A stretch of DNA of 51,011 bases from Candidatus Segetimicrobium genomatis. GTDB lineage: Bacteria; Sysuimicrobiota; Sysuimicrobiia; Sysuimicrobiales; Kaftiobacteriaceae. The stretch is taken from positions 1 through 51,011 of the forward strand of contig VBAI01000006.1 of assembly GCA_005882295.1 (NCBI GenBank). Direction: 5' to 3'. Numbering within the stretch: the first letter of the stretch is position 1; each line of letters starts with the position of its first letter. The position numbers and the translations under genes are program-made. The notes below the pieces were generated by a model, which was given only the letters and a program-made list of their open reading frames with translations, was not told the DNA's origin and searched no databases. Shown here in pieces: positions 17,959 through 27,266 of the stretch.

Positions 17959-18926
17959 CCCTTGCCCACGGCCGCCGAAAAGTACGGCGTGACCAGTTTT
18001 AATCCCTCTGCCAGAGACACGCGGGGCTGCCACCCGAGGAACCGGCTGGCCCTGCGGATGTCTGGGCGCCGGACCTTGGGATCATCCTCAGGCAATGGGC
18101 GGAACACGATCCGGCTCCTGCTGTTGGTGGTGCGGATGATCTCCTGGGCCAGTTGATGAATGGTGACTTCTTCAGGGTTCCCCAGATTCAGGATGTTGCC
18201 GTCCTGCCCGCCCTGGGAGGATCCGTCGAGGGTGAGAAACTTGAACAATCCGTCTACAAGATCGGAGACATAGCAGAACGACCTGGTCTGCGACCCGTCT
18301 CCGTAGACGGTGAGCGGTTCGCCGAGCAACGCCTGAGCCATCATGGTCGGCAGCGCTCGCCCATCCTCCAGTCGCATCCGGGGCCCGTAGGTGTTGAAGA
18401 TCCTGGCGATGCGGACCGGCACACGGTGCGCCCGATGGTAGGCCATGGTGATGGCCTCAGCGTAGCGTTTGGCTTCGTCGTAGACGCTCCTCGGGCCCAC
18501 GGGATTAACGTAGCCCCAGTATTCCTCCGACTGCGGGTTCTCCCGGGGGTCTCCGTAGACTTCGGAGGAGGACGCCAGCAAGATCACGGCCCCTTTCCGA
18601 TTGGCCAGTTCCAGGGCGTGATAGGTGCCAGCGGCCCCGACCTGCAGGGTGTGGATGGGATACTGCGCGTAATCCTTGGGGCTCGCCGGGCTGGCGAACT
18701 GCAGGACATAGTGCACCGGTCCATCGATCTCGATCGGCTGGGTCACATCGCCCTGGAGGAATGTGAACCGGGGATGATCCCGGAGGTGCTGGACATTCAC
18801 CACTCGTCCGGTCAACAGGCTGTCCAGGCACAGCACCTCATACCCTTCCGCCAGGAGGCGCTCGCACAGATGAGACCCCAGAAAGCCAGCGCCGCCGGTG
18901 ATCAGGACGCGATCCGCTGCGGTCAC
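17955..18926 (-). CDS. UDP-glucuronate decarboxylase (UDP-xylose synthase-type SDR)
   Basis: VLITGGAGFLGSHLCERL, SSSEVYGDP, YDEAKR catalytic motif, IARIFNTYGPRM. GTG at 18926 forms a GTGA overlap with the upstream stop. Confidence 0.8.
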   Translation of the reverse strand: MTAADRVLITGGAGFLGSHLCERLLAEGYEVLCLDSLLTGRVVNVQHLRDHPRFTFLQGDVTQPIEIDGPVHYVLQFASPASPKDYAQYPIHTLQVGAAGTYHALELANRKGAVILLASSSEVYGDPRENPQSEEYWGYVNPVGPRSVYDEAKRYAEAITMAYHRAHRVPVRIARIFNTYGPRMRLEDGRALPTMMAQALLGEPLTVYGDGSQTRSFCYVSDLVDGLFKFLTLDGSSQGGQDGNILNLGNPEEVTIHQLAQEIIRTTNSRSRIVFRPLPEDDPKVRRPDIRRASRFLGWQPRVSLAEGLKLVTPYFSAAVGKG

Positions 18927-20287
18927 GGCCGCCCGATCGAATAATATTCGAACCCTGCCGCCCGCACGACGGCGGGGTCGAACAGGTTCCGGCCGTCGAT
19001 GAGGAGCGGGACTTCCATCAGCTCGCGCAGGCGCGGCAGATCGAGCTCGAGGTATTCCTTCCACTCGGTGAGCACCACCATCAGGTGGGCCCCGGCCGCC
19101 GCATCGTACGGCGACGCGCAAAAGACCAAGCCATCAGGGTCCTCGGGGACCACCCGCCTGGCGTTGTCCACGGCCTGGGGATCGTGGACCCGCACCTTTG
19201 CACCTTCCGACCTGAGGCGCTTGATGATCTTCAGGCTGGGGGCTTCGCGGACGTCATCGGTCATCGGCTTGAAGGCCACCCCCAGAATCCCCACCGTTTT
19301 TCCGCGCGGAATCCATACTACCTGACGAATCTTGTGCAGCAGACGGTCCACCCGGGCCTCGTTGATCTGCTCCACCGCGCGCAGCAGGCTGACGTCAACT
19401 CCCTGCTGCGCCCCGATCTGAATGAACGCCCGGAGATCTTTGGGCAGACAGTACCCTCCGAAGCCCGCTCCGGCCCGCAGGAACGCCCCGCCAATCCGGG
19501 GGTCCTGGCCGAGCCCACGCGCCACCTGCGTGACATCCGCGCCCGTCGCCTCGCAGAGATCGGCCACCATGTTGATGAAGGAGATCTTCATGGCCAGAAA
19601 GGCGTTCGCGGCGTGCTTCATCAGCTCGGCCGTGGCGGGGTCGGTGACCACGACGCGATCGTCCACGCCCAGGGGGGTCCCCGATGTCTCCGCGAGCCGC
19701 TGCAGCAGCGGGCGGTAGATCCGCAACAGCAGGTCGCGTGACCGTTCGGACTCTACGCCCAGCACCACCCGGTCAGGGTTGAAGAAGTCTCGCATCGCGC
19801 TGCCCTCGCGCAGGAACTCCGGATTCACCGCGATGTCGAACTCGTGATTGGTCCCGGTGCGGTGGCGAAGGATCGTGCGCTTGATTTGCGCCGCCGTGCG
19901 GACCGGGCTCGTGCTCTTCTCCACAACCAGTTTGTACCCATTGAGCCGCTGGGCGATGATGCGCGCGACGGATTCCACCTGCGAGAGATCGGCCGACCCG
20001 TCATCACGCTGCGGGGTGCCGACACAGACGAAAATGACATCGGCCGCCTCCACCGCCGCCGGGACGTCGGTCGTGGCGCGAAACCGCGATGAATCCAGGT
20101 GCCGGCCCAGGAGCGCCTCGACGCCCGGCTCGTAGAACGGCAGTTCCCCTGCCGCGATGCGGCGCACCTTGTCCGCGTCATCGTCGGCGCCGAGCACTCT
20201 CCACCCCAATTCAGCGAGACCGAGCGCCGTCGGCATACCGACGTGCCCCAGTCCCACGACTGCAATGGTCAGTTCCGCATTGTCCAT
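18923..20287 (-). CDS. ugd: UDP-glucose 6-dehydrogenase family enzyme
   Basis: IAVVGLGHVGMPTALGLAELG Rossmann motif, NPEFLREGSA, GFGGYCLPKDL catalytic Cys. ATG at 20287 shares one base with the upstream TGA (TGATG). Translationally coupled to the decarboxylase gene. Confidence 0.75.
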   Translation of the reverse strand: MDNAELTIAVVGLGHVGMPTALGLAELGWRVLGADDDADKVRRIAAGELPFYEPGVEALLGRHLDSSRFRATTDVPAAVEAADVIFVCVGTPQRDDGSADLSQVESVARIIAQRLNGYKLVVEKSTSPVRTAAQIKRTILRHRTGTNHEFDIAVNPEFLREGSAMRDFFNPDRVVLGVESERSRDLLLRIYRPLLQRLAETSGTPLGVDDRVVVTDPATAELMKHAANAFLAMKISFINMVADLCEATGADVTQVARGLGQDPRIGGAFLRAGAGFGGYCLPKDLRAFIQIGAQQGVDVSLLRAVEQINEARVDRLLHKIRQVVWIPRGKTVGILGVAFKPMTDDVREAPSLKIIKRLRSEGAKVRVHDPQAVDNARRVVPEDPDGLVFCASPYDAAAGAHLMVVLTEWKEYLELDLPRLRELMEVPLLIDGRNLFDPAVVRAAGFEYYSIGRP

Positions 20288-21399
20288 CAGCACGCACCTC
20301 GCCTGTGCGGCCCGTTCGTCCTCTGGCGTGCCTGCGCAGCCGTCCCCTGGTAGACGGCGCTCCACTGGGATCGGACATGCGCCCAGGTGTACCCCTGAAC
20401 CTCCTCACGGGCTCGCCGCGCGATGGTGACGGCGAGTTCTCGATCGTCGAGCAGGCGGGTCACGGCGTCGGCCAACGCCGCGGGGTTTGCGGGGGGAACG
20501 ATCAGGCCGGTCTCGCCATCGCGCACCAGCGCGCCGAGATCGCCGGTGGCGGTGGAGATGACCGGCAGCCCCGCCGCAAAGGCTTCGAGCACCGACACCG
20601 GCTGATTGTCGATCAACGAAGAGTTCATAAAGATGTCGCCCTCCTGATACAGACCGGGCATGGCCTCAGGCTCGACCCGGCCCAAGAATCGGGCGCCGTC
20701 GATGCCCAGGGCCGCGGCGAGCCGGCGCAGCCGGCCCTCCTCGCTGCCGTATCCCGCCACCGTCAGGGTGGCCTCCGGGTGGCGCGCCCGCACCCGCGCG
20801 AATGCCCGCAGCGTGTACTCCACCCCGTAATGGGGTTCGAGGTTGCGGGTGGAGAGCAGCGCGGGGCGCAGGGGATGCCGTTCCCGGTAGACGAATCGCG
20901 CCGTGTCCACGATGTTGCGGATGACGCGCGTCCGGTAGCCGTGCCGGGCAAAGACATCCTGCAGGTATTCGGACGGCACCACGATCTCGTCTGCCAGGCG
21001 CAGCCAGGGATGCACCAGCAATCCCCACCGCGCGAGATGATCTGCGGCTTCTCCGCTGTGGTAGTGCAGGACGACGCGCGTCCCAAAACTGCGCGCCGCG
21101 AGCATCGCCGGAAGTGGCGAGAGCACGAACGACCAGTACGAAGCGGAGAAGATGTGCGCCACCTCCCGCCCCCGAAGCCGGAGCAGCGTGGGCACGTAGA
21201 GGGCTTCGTTGAGGGCCGTCCTCGCGTACCGCACTCCTCGAAGCCAGCGTAACCCGGGTGGACACGGCGGGTTGATCGGGATGAAGAGCACGTCGTAGCC
21301 GTCGCGCTGGAGGCCGTGCGCGAGCGCTCGGACCTGGACCGCGTGCCCGCCCAGAATCTCCATGCTCGGCGCGATGAGCGCCACCGTGGGGGTGCTCAT
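20287..21399 (-). CDS. Glycosyltransferase family 4
   Basis: QPVSVLEAFAAGLPVISTATGDLGALVRDGETGLIV GT-B C-terminal motif. ATGA overlap at 21396-21399. Confidence 0.75.
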   Translation of the reverse strand: MSTPTVALIAPSMEILGGHAVQVRALAHGLQRDGYDVLFIPINPPCPPGLRWLRGVRYARTALNEALYVPTLLRLRGREVAHIFSASYWSFVLSPLPAMLAARSFGTRVVLHYHSGEAADHLARWGLLVHPWLRLADEIVVPSEYLQDVFARHGYRTRVIRNIVDTARFVYRERHPLRPALLSTRNLEPHYGVEYTLRAFARVRARHPEATLTVAGYGSEEGRLRRLAAALGIDGARFLGRVEPEAMPGLYQEGDIFMNSSLIDNQPVSVLEAFAAGLPVISTATGDLGALVRDGETGLIVPPANPAALADAVTRLLDDRELAVTIARRAREEVQGYTWAHVRSQWSAVYQGTAAQARQRTNGPHRRGAC

Positions 21400-22466
21400 C
21401 CGAGTCCTCGGATGCGCGCTGTGGGTTGTCCGCGCATCTCCCCTCTCCTCTGCCGCCGGACTCTCAGGAGGTCCTTGAGCATCTCCCGCAATCCGGATGC
21501 CGCGACGACGAACTGGGCGAAGGTCATATGGTCGTTCACGCCGATCCGCCGGACCGCATACGGATCGGCCGCCGGGTCGTGCAGACCCTCGATGACGGTG
21601 ACGGCGCTGCGGTACCCGGCCCTGATCGCCGCCTCGACGGCGTCGGCGGAGAACTCCCCGTGAGGATAGCACAGCCACGTGACCGGGCCTCCCACCACAG
21701 ACTCCAACACACGCTTGGACTCCGTGAGCTCCGCCAGCAGCGCGTCCCGGCTCAGGTGAAGGAACGAGTCGTGGGAGCGGCCGTGGCTTCCCACGGAGAT
21801 TCCGTCTCGCGCCATCTCGCGCAACTCGTCCGCCGAGAGCGACCCGCAGATCGCCGGCGTCTGGTCATCCACGTCTAGGTCCACGGCCAGCCCGGCGAGC
21901 AGGGCCTCACGCCTGCTGGGCGGCAGCGTGAGGAGTCTGGGTGAGAGATCTGTGAGGGTGGTCTGCTTGTCCTGTGCCGTGGCCAATGGGAACTGCTGGA
22001 TCCCGTCGACGTCGATGCGCACAGACGGACGCTGCGTGGCCGCGATCATGGCGCGGAGGCGATCCCACCAGAAGGGGCGGCCGTGCACCAGGAAGTCGGT
22101 GACGACGAACACCGTCGCCGGCAGTCCGAGCCGCCGCAGGATGGGATAGGCGTGGCGGTAGAAGTTGGCGTATCCATCGTCGAAGGTAATGGCGGCCAGG
22201 GATCGTCGATGCCGGGATCCAGCCGGCAGATCGCGGATCTCATCCAGAGGGACGACCTCGTAGTGCGTTGCCATGTAGCGCATCTGCCGTTCGAAGAGGG
22301 CCAGACGGAGACGCAGGCCGTCGTAGTTGGCGACGGGATCCGGCCCGCTGGTATACACATCGTGATAGGCGAGGATCACAGCTTTTCGCCGGTTCAGCCA
22401 GGCGGCGGCCGAGGTGACCCCCGCCGCCACGAACAACCGGTACGCGAGTTCCTTGATGACACCCAT
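21396..22466 (-). CDS. Polysaccharide deacetylase (NodB homology, CE4)
   Basis: ITFDDGYANFYRHAYPILRRLGLPATVFVV and SHGRSHD motifs. N-terminal membrane anchor MGVIKELAYRLFVAAGVTSAAAWL. The start lies 5 nt after the upstream stop. Confidence 0.75.
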   Translation of the reverse strand: MGVIKELAYRLFVAAGVTSAAAWLNRRKAVILAYHDVYTSGPDPVANYDGLRLRLALFERQMRYMATHYEVVPLDEIRDLPAGSRHRRSLAAITFDDGYANFYRHAYPILRRLGLPATVFVVTDFLVHGRPFWWDRLRAMIAATQRPSVRIDVDGIQQFPLATAQDKQTTLTDLSPRLLTLPPSRREALLAGLAVDLDVDDQTPAICGSLSADELREMARDGISVGSHGRSHDSFLHLSRDALLAELTESKRVLESVVGGPVTWLCYPHGEFSADAVEAAIRAGYRSAVTVIEGLHDPAADPYAVRRIGVNDHMTFAQFVVAASGLREMLKDLLRVRRQRRGEMRGQPTARIRGLG

Positions 22467-22471
22467 CGCCG

Positions 22472-23554
22472 TCAGGACGAACCTCCGTCCTGGAAGCGCA
22501 TGTACCACTCGCTTTCCAGCCGGCTGAAGAACGCGTCGCCATCCTGAAACGCCTGGGTCACGTGCGGGTCCCGCGAGTGCACCAGCGTCCAGTTCCCCCG
22601 GTGGCGGAAGAAGCACCCGCGGGCCGAGTACGCGGCGATGAGCCGCGGGTCGATCCGGCCGACGAGCGCGAGCATCCCCTCGTGCCTTGCCTGGGCGAAG
22701 AGGTAATCGAGCACCTCGCCAATCTGGTCCTCTCGGGCGCCGACCTGCAGCACTTCCCCCACACCGCCCCGCGATCCGCAATACAGGTACCAGCCGACAA
22801 TCTCGCTCGAAGGACCGCGAACGAGGACCTTGTGCAGCCGTCCGGATCCCGGCTTCCGGGCGAGGAGCTCCAGCAGCAGCCGAGCCGTCTGGCCATCGTA
22901 GGCGGGACGGAGCGCGCGGGTCTGCGTGAACTCGTTGACGCACGCGGCGAGCGTCTCGCCATCCAGATTATCCCCGAGCATTGTCGGCGCCGACGTCCGC
23001 AGCGGGTTGCCCGGTAGTCGCGCCGCTGCAGCATCCACCAGGCGACTCAGCGCCGTCCAGGCGGGTGATCCCCGGCCGGAGCGCGCGGCCGCGAACTCGG
23101 CCGGGCGGAGGACCCGCACCCAGTACAGGCTATAGAGGAGCGCGGTCCTCGCGCCCAGCCCCTCGAAGAGTTTCCGCGAGACCTCCCCCGCCTCGTCCGC
23201 CACCGTCAGGTCCTGCCGGCCCGCCAGGAGGGTTTTGATCAGTTCGATCCCGGCCAGCGATGCGCGATAGGCCGGCTCGACGATGAAATGGGCGGTAATG
23301 ACCGCGCTGATCGGCCGGCCGTGCACGGTCATCCGGCGCGGCATGATCCCGAGGAACCCCACGGGCGCACCATTCCCGTCCTCGTACACCAGGGACGGCT
23401 GGTCGAGCACCCATGGGGGATCAAGAAACATCTCCTTGAAATAGGCGCGGTAGACGTCTCCATCTGTGGCCGGCGCGCCGGGGAGGAGGACCCGGCGGTG
23501 GAGGTCGATCACCTGCGGGATGTCGCCTTCCTGCAACGCCCTCACACGGCCCAT
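22472..23554 (-). CDS. Large GNAT-family acyltransferase (Eis-like two-domain type)
   Basis: N-terminal GNAT-like core (RALQEGDIPQVIDLHRRV...GFLGIMPRRMTVHGRPISAVITAHFIVEPAYRASLAGIELIK). 360 aa. Family assignment by eye only. Confidence 0.5.
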   Translation of the reverse strand: MGRVRALQEGDIPQVIDLHRRVLLPGAPATDGDVYRAYFKEMFLDPPWVLDQPSLVYEDGNGAPVGFLGIMPRRMTVHGRPISAVITAHFIVEPAYRASLAGIELIKTLLAGRQDLTVADEAGEVSRKLFEGLGARTALLYSLYWVRVLRPAEFAAARSGRGSPAWTALSRLVDAAAARLPGNPLRTSAPTMLGDNLDGETLAACVNEFTQTRALRPAYDGQTARLLLELLARKPGSGRLHKVLVRGPSSEIVGWYLYCGSRGGVGEVLQVGAREDQIGEVLDYLFAQARHEGMLALVGRIDPRLIAAYSARGCFFRHRGNWTLVHSRDPHVTQAFQDGDAFFSRLESEWYMRFQDGGSS

Positions 23555-23568
23555 GGCAGCCCGGCGAC

Positions 23569-24048
23569 CTAGCCCCCGTACTCCCAGGGAGATGCGGCGA
23601 TCGTGAGCGGCGAGACGACCTCACGGCACACGGCATCGGCGACCTCAAGGATGACCACGGCATGATCCCCACCCGTCTCGAAGATCTGCCGGACCGTACA
23701 CTCAACGTACGCGGGTGCGCCCGCGAGGACCGGCATGGTGGTCGTCCCTTCCACAAACGGCTCGTCGTTCAGGTGGCCGTCCATCACCCTGGTCGGGCGA
23801 AAGAACTTTGCGGCCAGCGGTTGCTGGGTGTCGCCCAGGACGTGGACCACGGCAGCCCGGCTCTCGGCGAGGCACTGGAAGAGGTTGCTGTCCCTGCGGA
23901 TCGCCGTCATGAGCAGGGGCGGCCTGAAGGACGCCTGCGACATCCACGTCACGGTGGCGGCGCCGTAGTGCGATCCGCGCCGCGACGTCACGACGTACAT
24001 GCCGTTGCTAAACATGCGCAGGGTGCGCTTACGGGCCTGGAGATCCAT
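23569..24048 (-). CDS. Flavin reductase (split-barrel, HpaC-like)
   Basis: MFSNGMYVVTSRRGSHYGAATVTWMSQASFRPPLLMTAI is typical of the flavin reductase-like domain. AGGAG 7 nt upstream of ATG 24048. Confidence 0.7.
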   Translation of the reverse strand: MDLQARKRTLRMFSNGMYVVTSRRGSHYGAATVTWMSQASFRPPLLMTAIRRDSNLFQCLAESRAAVVHVLGDTQQPLAAKFFRPTRVMDGHLNDEPFVEGTTTMPVLAGAPAYVECTVRQIFETGGDHAVVILEVADAVCREVVSPLTIAASPWEYGG

Positions 24049-24089
24049 TCCGCTGCTCCTTGTGATCGACGGGGGACCGGACGATCGGC

Positions 24090-24425
24090 TCAGTGATCGA
24101 TGACCAGCGGATTCGTCCGCGTGGAGATCGTTGGACCTGAGGGCGGCTCGGTGCCTCCGTGTCCCGGGTGGGGCTGTGCACCGTTCCGACTGTTGACGAA
24201 CTGGGCGATGCGGCGGATCGTCCTGAAGTTGTCGAGTTCCAGTTCCTCCAGGGGGACCGCAATCCCAAACTCCCGCTCCAGATGAAGCAAGAACTCCACG
24301 AACGCCAGGGAGTCGATGGCCCCCGTCTCAAACAGGTCGAGATCGGCTGAGGGAATTTCCAGATGGAGCGCCCGCGCCAGAATTTGGGCGACGCGCGCTT
24401 CCACCACCGCGGTCGCGTCAGGCAT
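24090..24425 (-). CDS. Acyl/peptidyl carrier protein
   Basis: Phosphopantetheine attachment motif LFETGAIDSLAFVEF. ATG at 24425 overlaps the upstream GNAT stop by 8 nt. Carries an unusual Pro/Gly-rich C-terminal tail of about 30 aa. Confidence 0.75.
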   Translation of the reverse strand: MPDATAVVEARVAQILARALHLEIPSADLDLFETGAIDSLAFVEFLLHLEREFGIAVPLEELELDNFRTIRRIAQFVNSRNGAQPHPGHGGTEPPSGPTISTRTNPLVIDH

Positions 24426-24963
24426 CGCTGCCCCCGCGGTGCTCTGGGGCCAGAATGTCAAACCACAGGCGGTCACGCGGCTGGCCGTCGATCTCGTGGC
24501 ACTGGCGCCGTCGTCCGATCAATTGAAACTTCAGACGCTCGGCGATCCGGCGCGCGGGATGGCCCTCGACAATCCACGCGTTCACGGCGTGCAGCTGCAG
24601 ATCCCGGAACGCCAGGGTCAGCATGGCCGACACCGCCTGGGTCCCATAGCCCCGCGCCCGGAAGGACTTATCGCCCACCACGACCCAGATGCGCGCCGTC
24701 TTGAACTGCGGGTTAATCTCGCTGAGCCCGACCACGCCGACCGGCGGGCCGCCCCCCCTCACGGCGAACGCGCGCAGCAGATGGGCCTGGTGCTGCGTCA
24801 TGATCTGCAGGCGGTCGGCCGTGAGATCCTGCTGGCCGTCGCCGAAGTCGAGCCACTGAGAGTTCTCCTTCTGTGCTAACCACCCCGCCACGAGCGCGAC
24901 GAGCGCAGGGCTGTCGACGGGGATAAGCGTCACCCCCCCAGACTGTTCCAGTAATCGTGTCAT
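24418..24963 (-). CDS. GNAT N-acyltransferase (RimJ/RimL-like), paralogue a
   Basis: GVVGLSEINPQFKTARIWVVVGDKSFRARGYGTQAVSAML...RDRLWFDILAPEH. GAGGA 5 nt upstream of ATG 24963 (the ORF is open to GTG 24993). Roughly half the positions match the 27263-27808 product by eye. Confidence 0.7.
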   Translation of the reverse strand: MTRLLEQSGGVTLIPVDSPALVALVAGWLAQKENSQWLDFGDGQQDLTADRLQIMTQHQAHLLRAFAVRGGGPPVGVVGLSEINPQFKTARIWVVVGDKSFRARGYGTQAVSAMLTLAFRDLQLHAVNAWIVEGHPARRIAERLKFQLIGRRRQCHEIDGQPRDRLWFDILAPEHRGGSDA

Positions 24964-25005
24964 CGCCGTCCTCACGGGACTCATCGGCGGCACATCCCCT
25001 CGCGC

Positions 25006-26232
25006 CTACGCCACGGGCACCGGTCGCCGCCAGGTCCCGGCAGATGCCGCCCTCAACAACGGAGGACTGGGAAGAAATCGGGGACCATGACGCAGCGCCC
25101 AGGTCTGCAACGTCTCGACAATCGCATCCAGACCAGCTTGCTGAGCGTATGCCAGCGGTCCACCCTGCTGCGGCCATCCCAGCCCGAGCGCAGCGCCACG
25201 ATCCGCATCGTCAGCCGAGGCCACAACCTCCTCGGCGAGACAGTGGCCGATCTCATTGATCATCTGCCAGATCGGACGGGTGGAGAGTTCCGCCGGGCTG
25301 GGGGAATGTGCCCCGTTCCGGCCGATCAGGGAGTAGATCCGGGGGTCCACCGCTCCTCCGTCGCGGTCCCGATAGAACCCCTTCGCACCGTCACGGCGAC
25401 TGCCGTGATGACCCGCGTCGAGGACCGGCCAGAGACGCCGGAGATACGCCACGCGCTCCCCCAGATGTGGCGACACGGCATCGTACACGCCTCGGAAGAT
25501 CTCGATTCCGACCGCATCCATCAACCGGAATGGGCCCATCGCCCAGCCAAAGGCTTCCATCGCGTCATCCACGGCGTCGATGGCGGCTCCCTCGGTCACC
25601 AGCGCGATCGCCTCATTGAGATAGACCAGGAGGATCCTGGTGGTGAAGAACCCTGGACAGTCCCCCACGATGAGCGGCACCTTGCCCTGCCAGTCGACCA
25701 TCGCCTGCGTGCGGTGCAGGGTCAATGTGCTGGTCGCTTCGCCGGGGATGATCTCGACGAGCCGGTAGCGGTACGCAGGCCAGAAGTAATGCGCGCCGAT
25801 GACGCGGTCCGGCCAGGCCGCGGCCGCCGCAATCCTGGAGATGGGGATGGCCGAGGTATTGCTGGCAATGATGCATGCCGGGGAGACGCCTGCCTCCACG
25901 GCCGCCAGCACGGCATGTTTCGTCTGGAGATTCTCGACGACGGATTCGATCACGCACTCCACTCCGGCGAGATCGGCATAGGACGCCGTGAGATGCATGC
26001 GGCTCAGCCGGTCACGCGCCTCGAGCGCGGTGATGCGCCCGCGGCGGACATCGGACTCATACGCGCGCTCCAGCATCCCTGCCGCGCGCTGGAGACCGCC
26101 ACGGCGCGGCGCCACCACGACAACCGTGGCACCCAGATCGGCGAGCACCCGGGCGATCCCGGCTCCCACCGTCCCGGCACCGACCAGGCCACACCGACGC
26201 ACGTCCGACCCGTTCCGTGCGGCACCGCTCAC
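25006..26232 (-). CDS. 3-hydroxyacyl-CoA dehydrogenase family protein
   Basis: NAD-binding GLVGAGTVGAGIARVLA, NTSAIPI, and a C-terminal 3HCDH helical domain. GTG at 26232 forms a GTGA overlap with the KAS III stop. Confidence 0.7.
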   Translation of the reverse strand: MSGAARNGSDVRRCGLVGAGTVGAGIARVLADLGATVVVVAPRRGGLQRAAGMLERAYESDVRRGRITALEARDRLSRMHLTASYADLAGVECVIESVVENLQTKHAVLAAVEAGVSPACIIASNTSAIPISRIAAAAAWPDRVIGAHYFWPAYRYRLVEIIPGEATSTLTLHRTQAMVDWQGKVPLIVGDCPGFFTTRILLVYLNEAIALVTEGAAIDAVDDAMEAFGWAMGPFRLMDAVGIEIFRGVYDAVSPHLGERVAYLRRLWPVLDAGHHGSRRDGAKGFYRDRDGGAVDPRIYSLIGRNGAHSPSPAELSTRPIWQMINEIGHCLAEEVVASADDADRGAALGLGWPQQGGPLAYAQQAGLDAIVETLQTWALRHGPRFLPSPPLLRAASAGTWRRPVPVA

Positions 26233-27266
26233 GGGGTCCCGTCACCTCCGTTGTCGCACCACCGGTATGTCACCGCCCCCCACGCCATCCCCGCCCCGAC
26301 GGCGGGCATGACCAGCCAGTCCCCGTTTTGGAATTTCCCTTCTTGCCTGGCCTGATCCAACGCCACGGGAATCGAGGCCGCGGAGATATTCCCGGTTCGT
26401 GGATATGTGATCACGAACTTCTCCCAGGGGAGTTCGAGGCGCTGGGCAACCTCACGCAGGATGGTGCACGAGGCCTGGTGGGGGATGACCCATGCGATCT
26501 CGTCCAGGCTCAGGCCCGCCCGCGCCACCGCCTCGAGCATGCAGTAGGCAAAGCGGTCAACCGCCCACCGCTGAATCTCCGGGAACTTCAGGCGCCAGTA
26601 CGCCAGGCCCTGATCAAGCACGGCCTGGCAGAGCGGCGTCTTGCCGCCGCCGCCCGGGATCCAGACGTAATGGCCGAGGTCCCCGTCCGATCCCGTGATG
26701 AATGACCGCACCCCGTAGCCGGAATTTCCATTCCGCCGCTGCAGCAGCACGGCTCCTGCGCCGTCGCCAAAAATCGTCAGCGGCATGAACTTCTCCGGAT
26801 CACACAGCCTGGTCAGGGTGTCCGCCCCCACCACCAGAGCGGTTTCGTAGTCCTGGGTGTCGAGCAGGCTGCTGGCGACCAGCAGGCAGTCTACGAATCC
26901 TGTGCAGGCGGAATCGAGCTGGATGACCTTGGCCTTGGAGCCCAGATTCGCCTGCATCATCAACGCCGCCTGGGGAAGGCGGTAATCATTGGTGATGGTG
27001 GCCATGACAATCACGTCCAGGTCTTGGGGGTCAAGACCGCCGTCGTGAAGGGCCCGTCGGGCCGCGACGGTCCCCAGATCGGAGGAGCACTCGCCGGGCC
27101 GTGCCCAGTGACGCGCGATGGCGCCGTGGTGGGTCCGGGACCACTCATCCAGGCTCGCCCCTCCGGCCCTGGCCCGGTCGTAATCCAACTCCATCGCCTC
27201 GAGCTCATCATTGGTGACGATGCGCTCGGGTAGGTAGGCACCGATGCCGGTGATGACTTTGTTCAT
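26229..27266 (-). CDS. 3-oxoacyl-ACP synthase III (FabH-like condensing enzyme)
   Basis: MNKVITGIGAYLPERIVTNDELE. Active-site Cys context LDSACTGFV. C-terminal IPHQAS and GNISAASIP motifs. ATGA overlap at 27263-27266. Confidence 0.8.
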   Translation of the reverse strand: MNKVITGIGAYLPERIVTNDELEAMELDYDRARAGGASLDEWSRTHHGAIARHWARPGECSSDLGTVAARRALHDGGLDPQDLDVIVMATITNDYRLPQAALMMQANLGSKAKVIQLDSACTGFVDCLLVASSLLDTQDYETALVVGADTLTRLCDPEKFMPLTIFGDGAGAVLLQRRNGNSGYGVRSFITGSDGDLGHYVWIPGGGGKTPLCQAVLDQGLAYWRLKFPEIQRWAVDRFAYCMLEAVARAGLSLDEIAWVIPHQASCTILREVAQRLELPWEKFVITYPRTGNISAASIPVALDQARQEGKFQNGDWLVMPAVGAGMAWGAVTYRWCDNGGDGTP

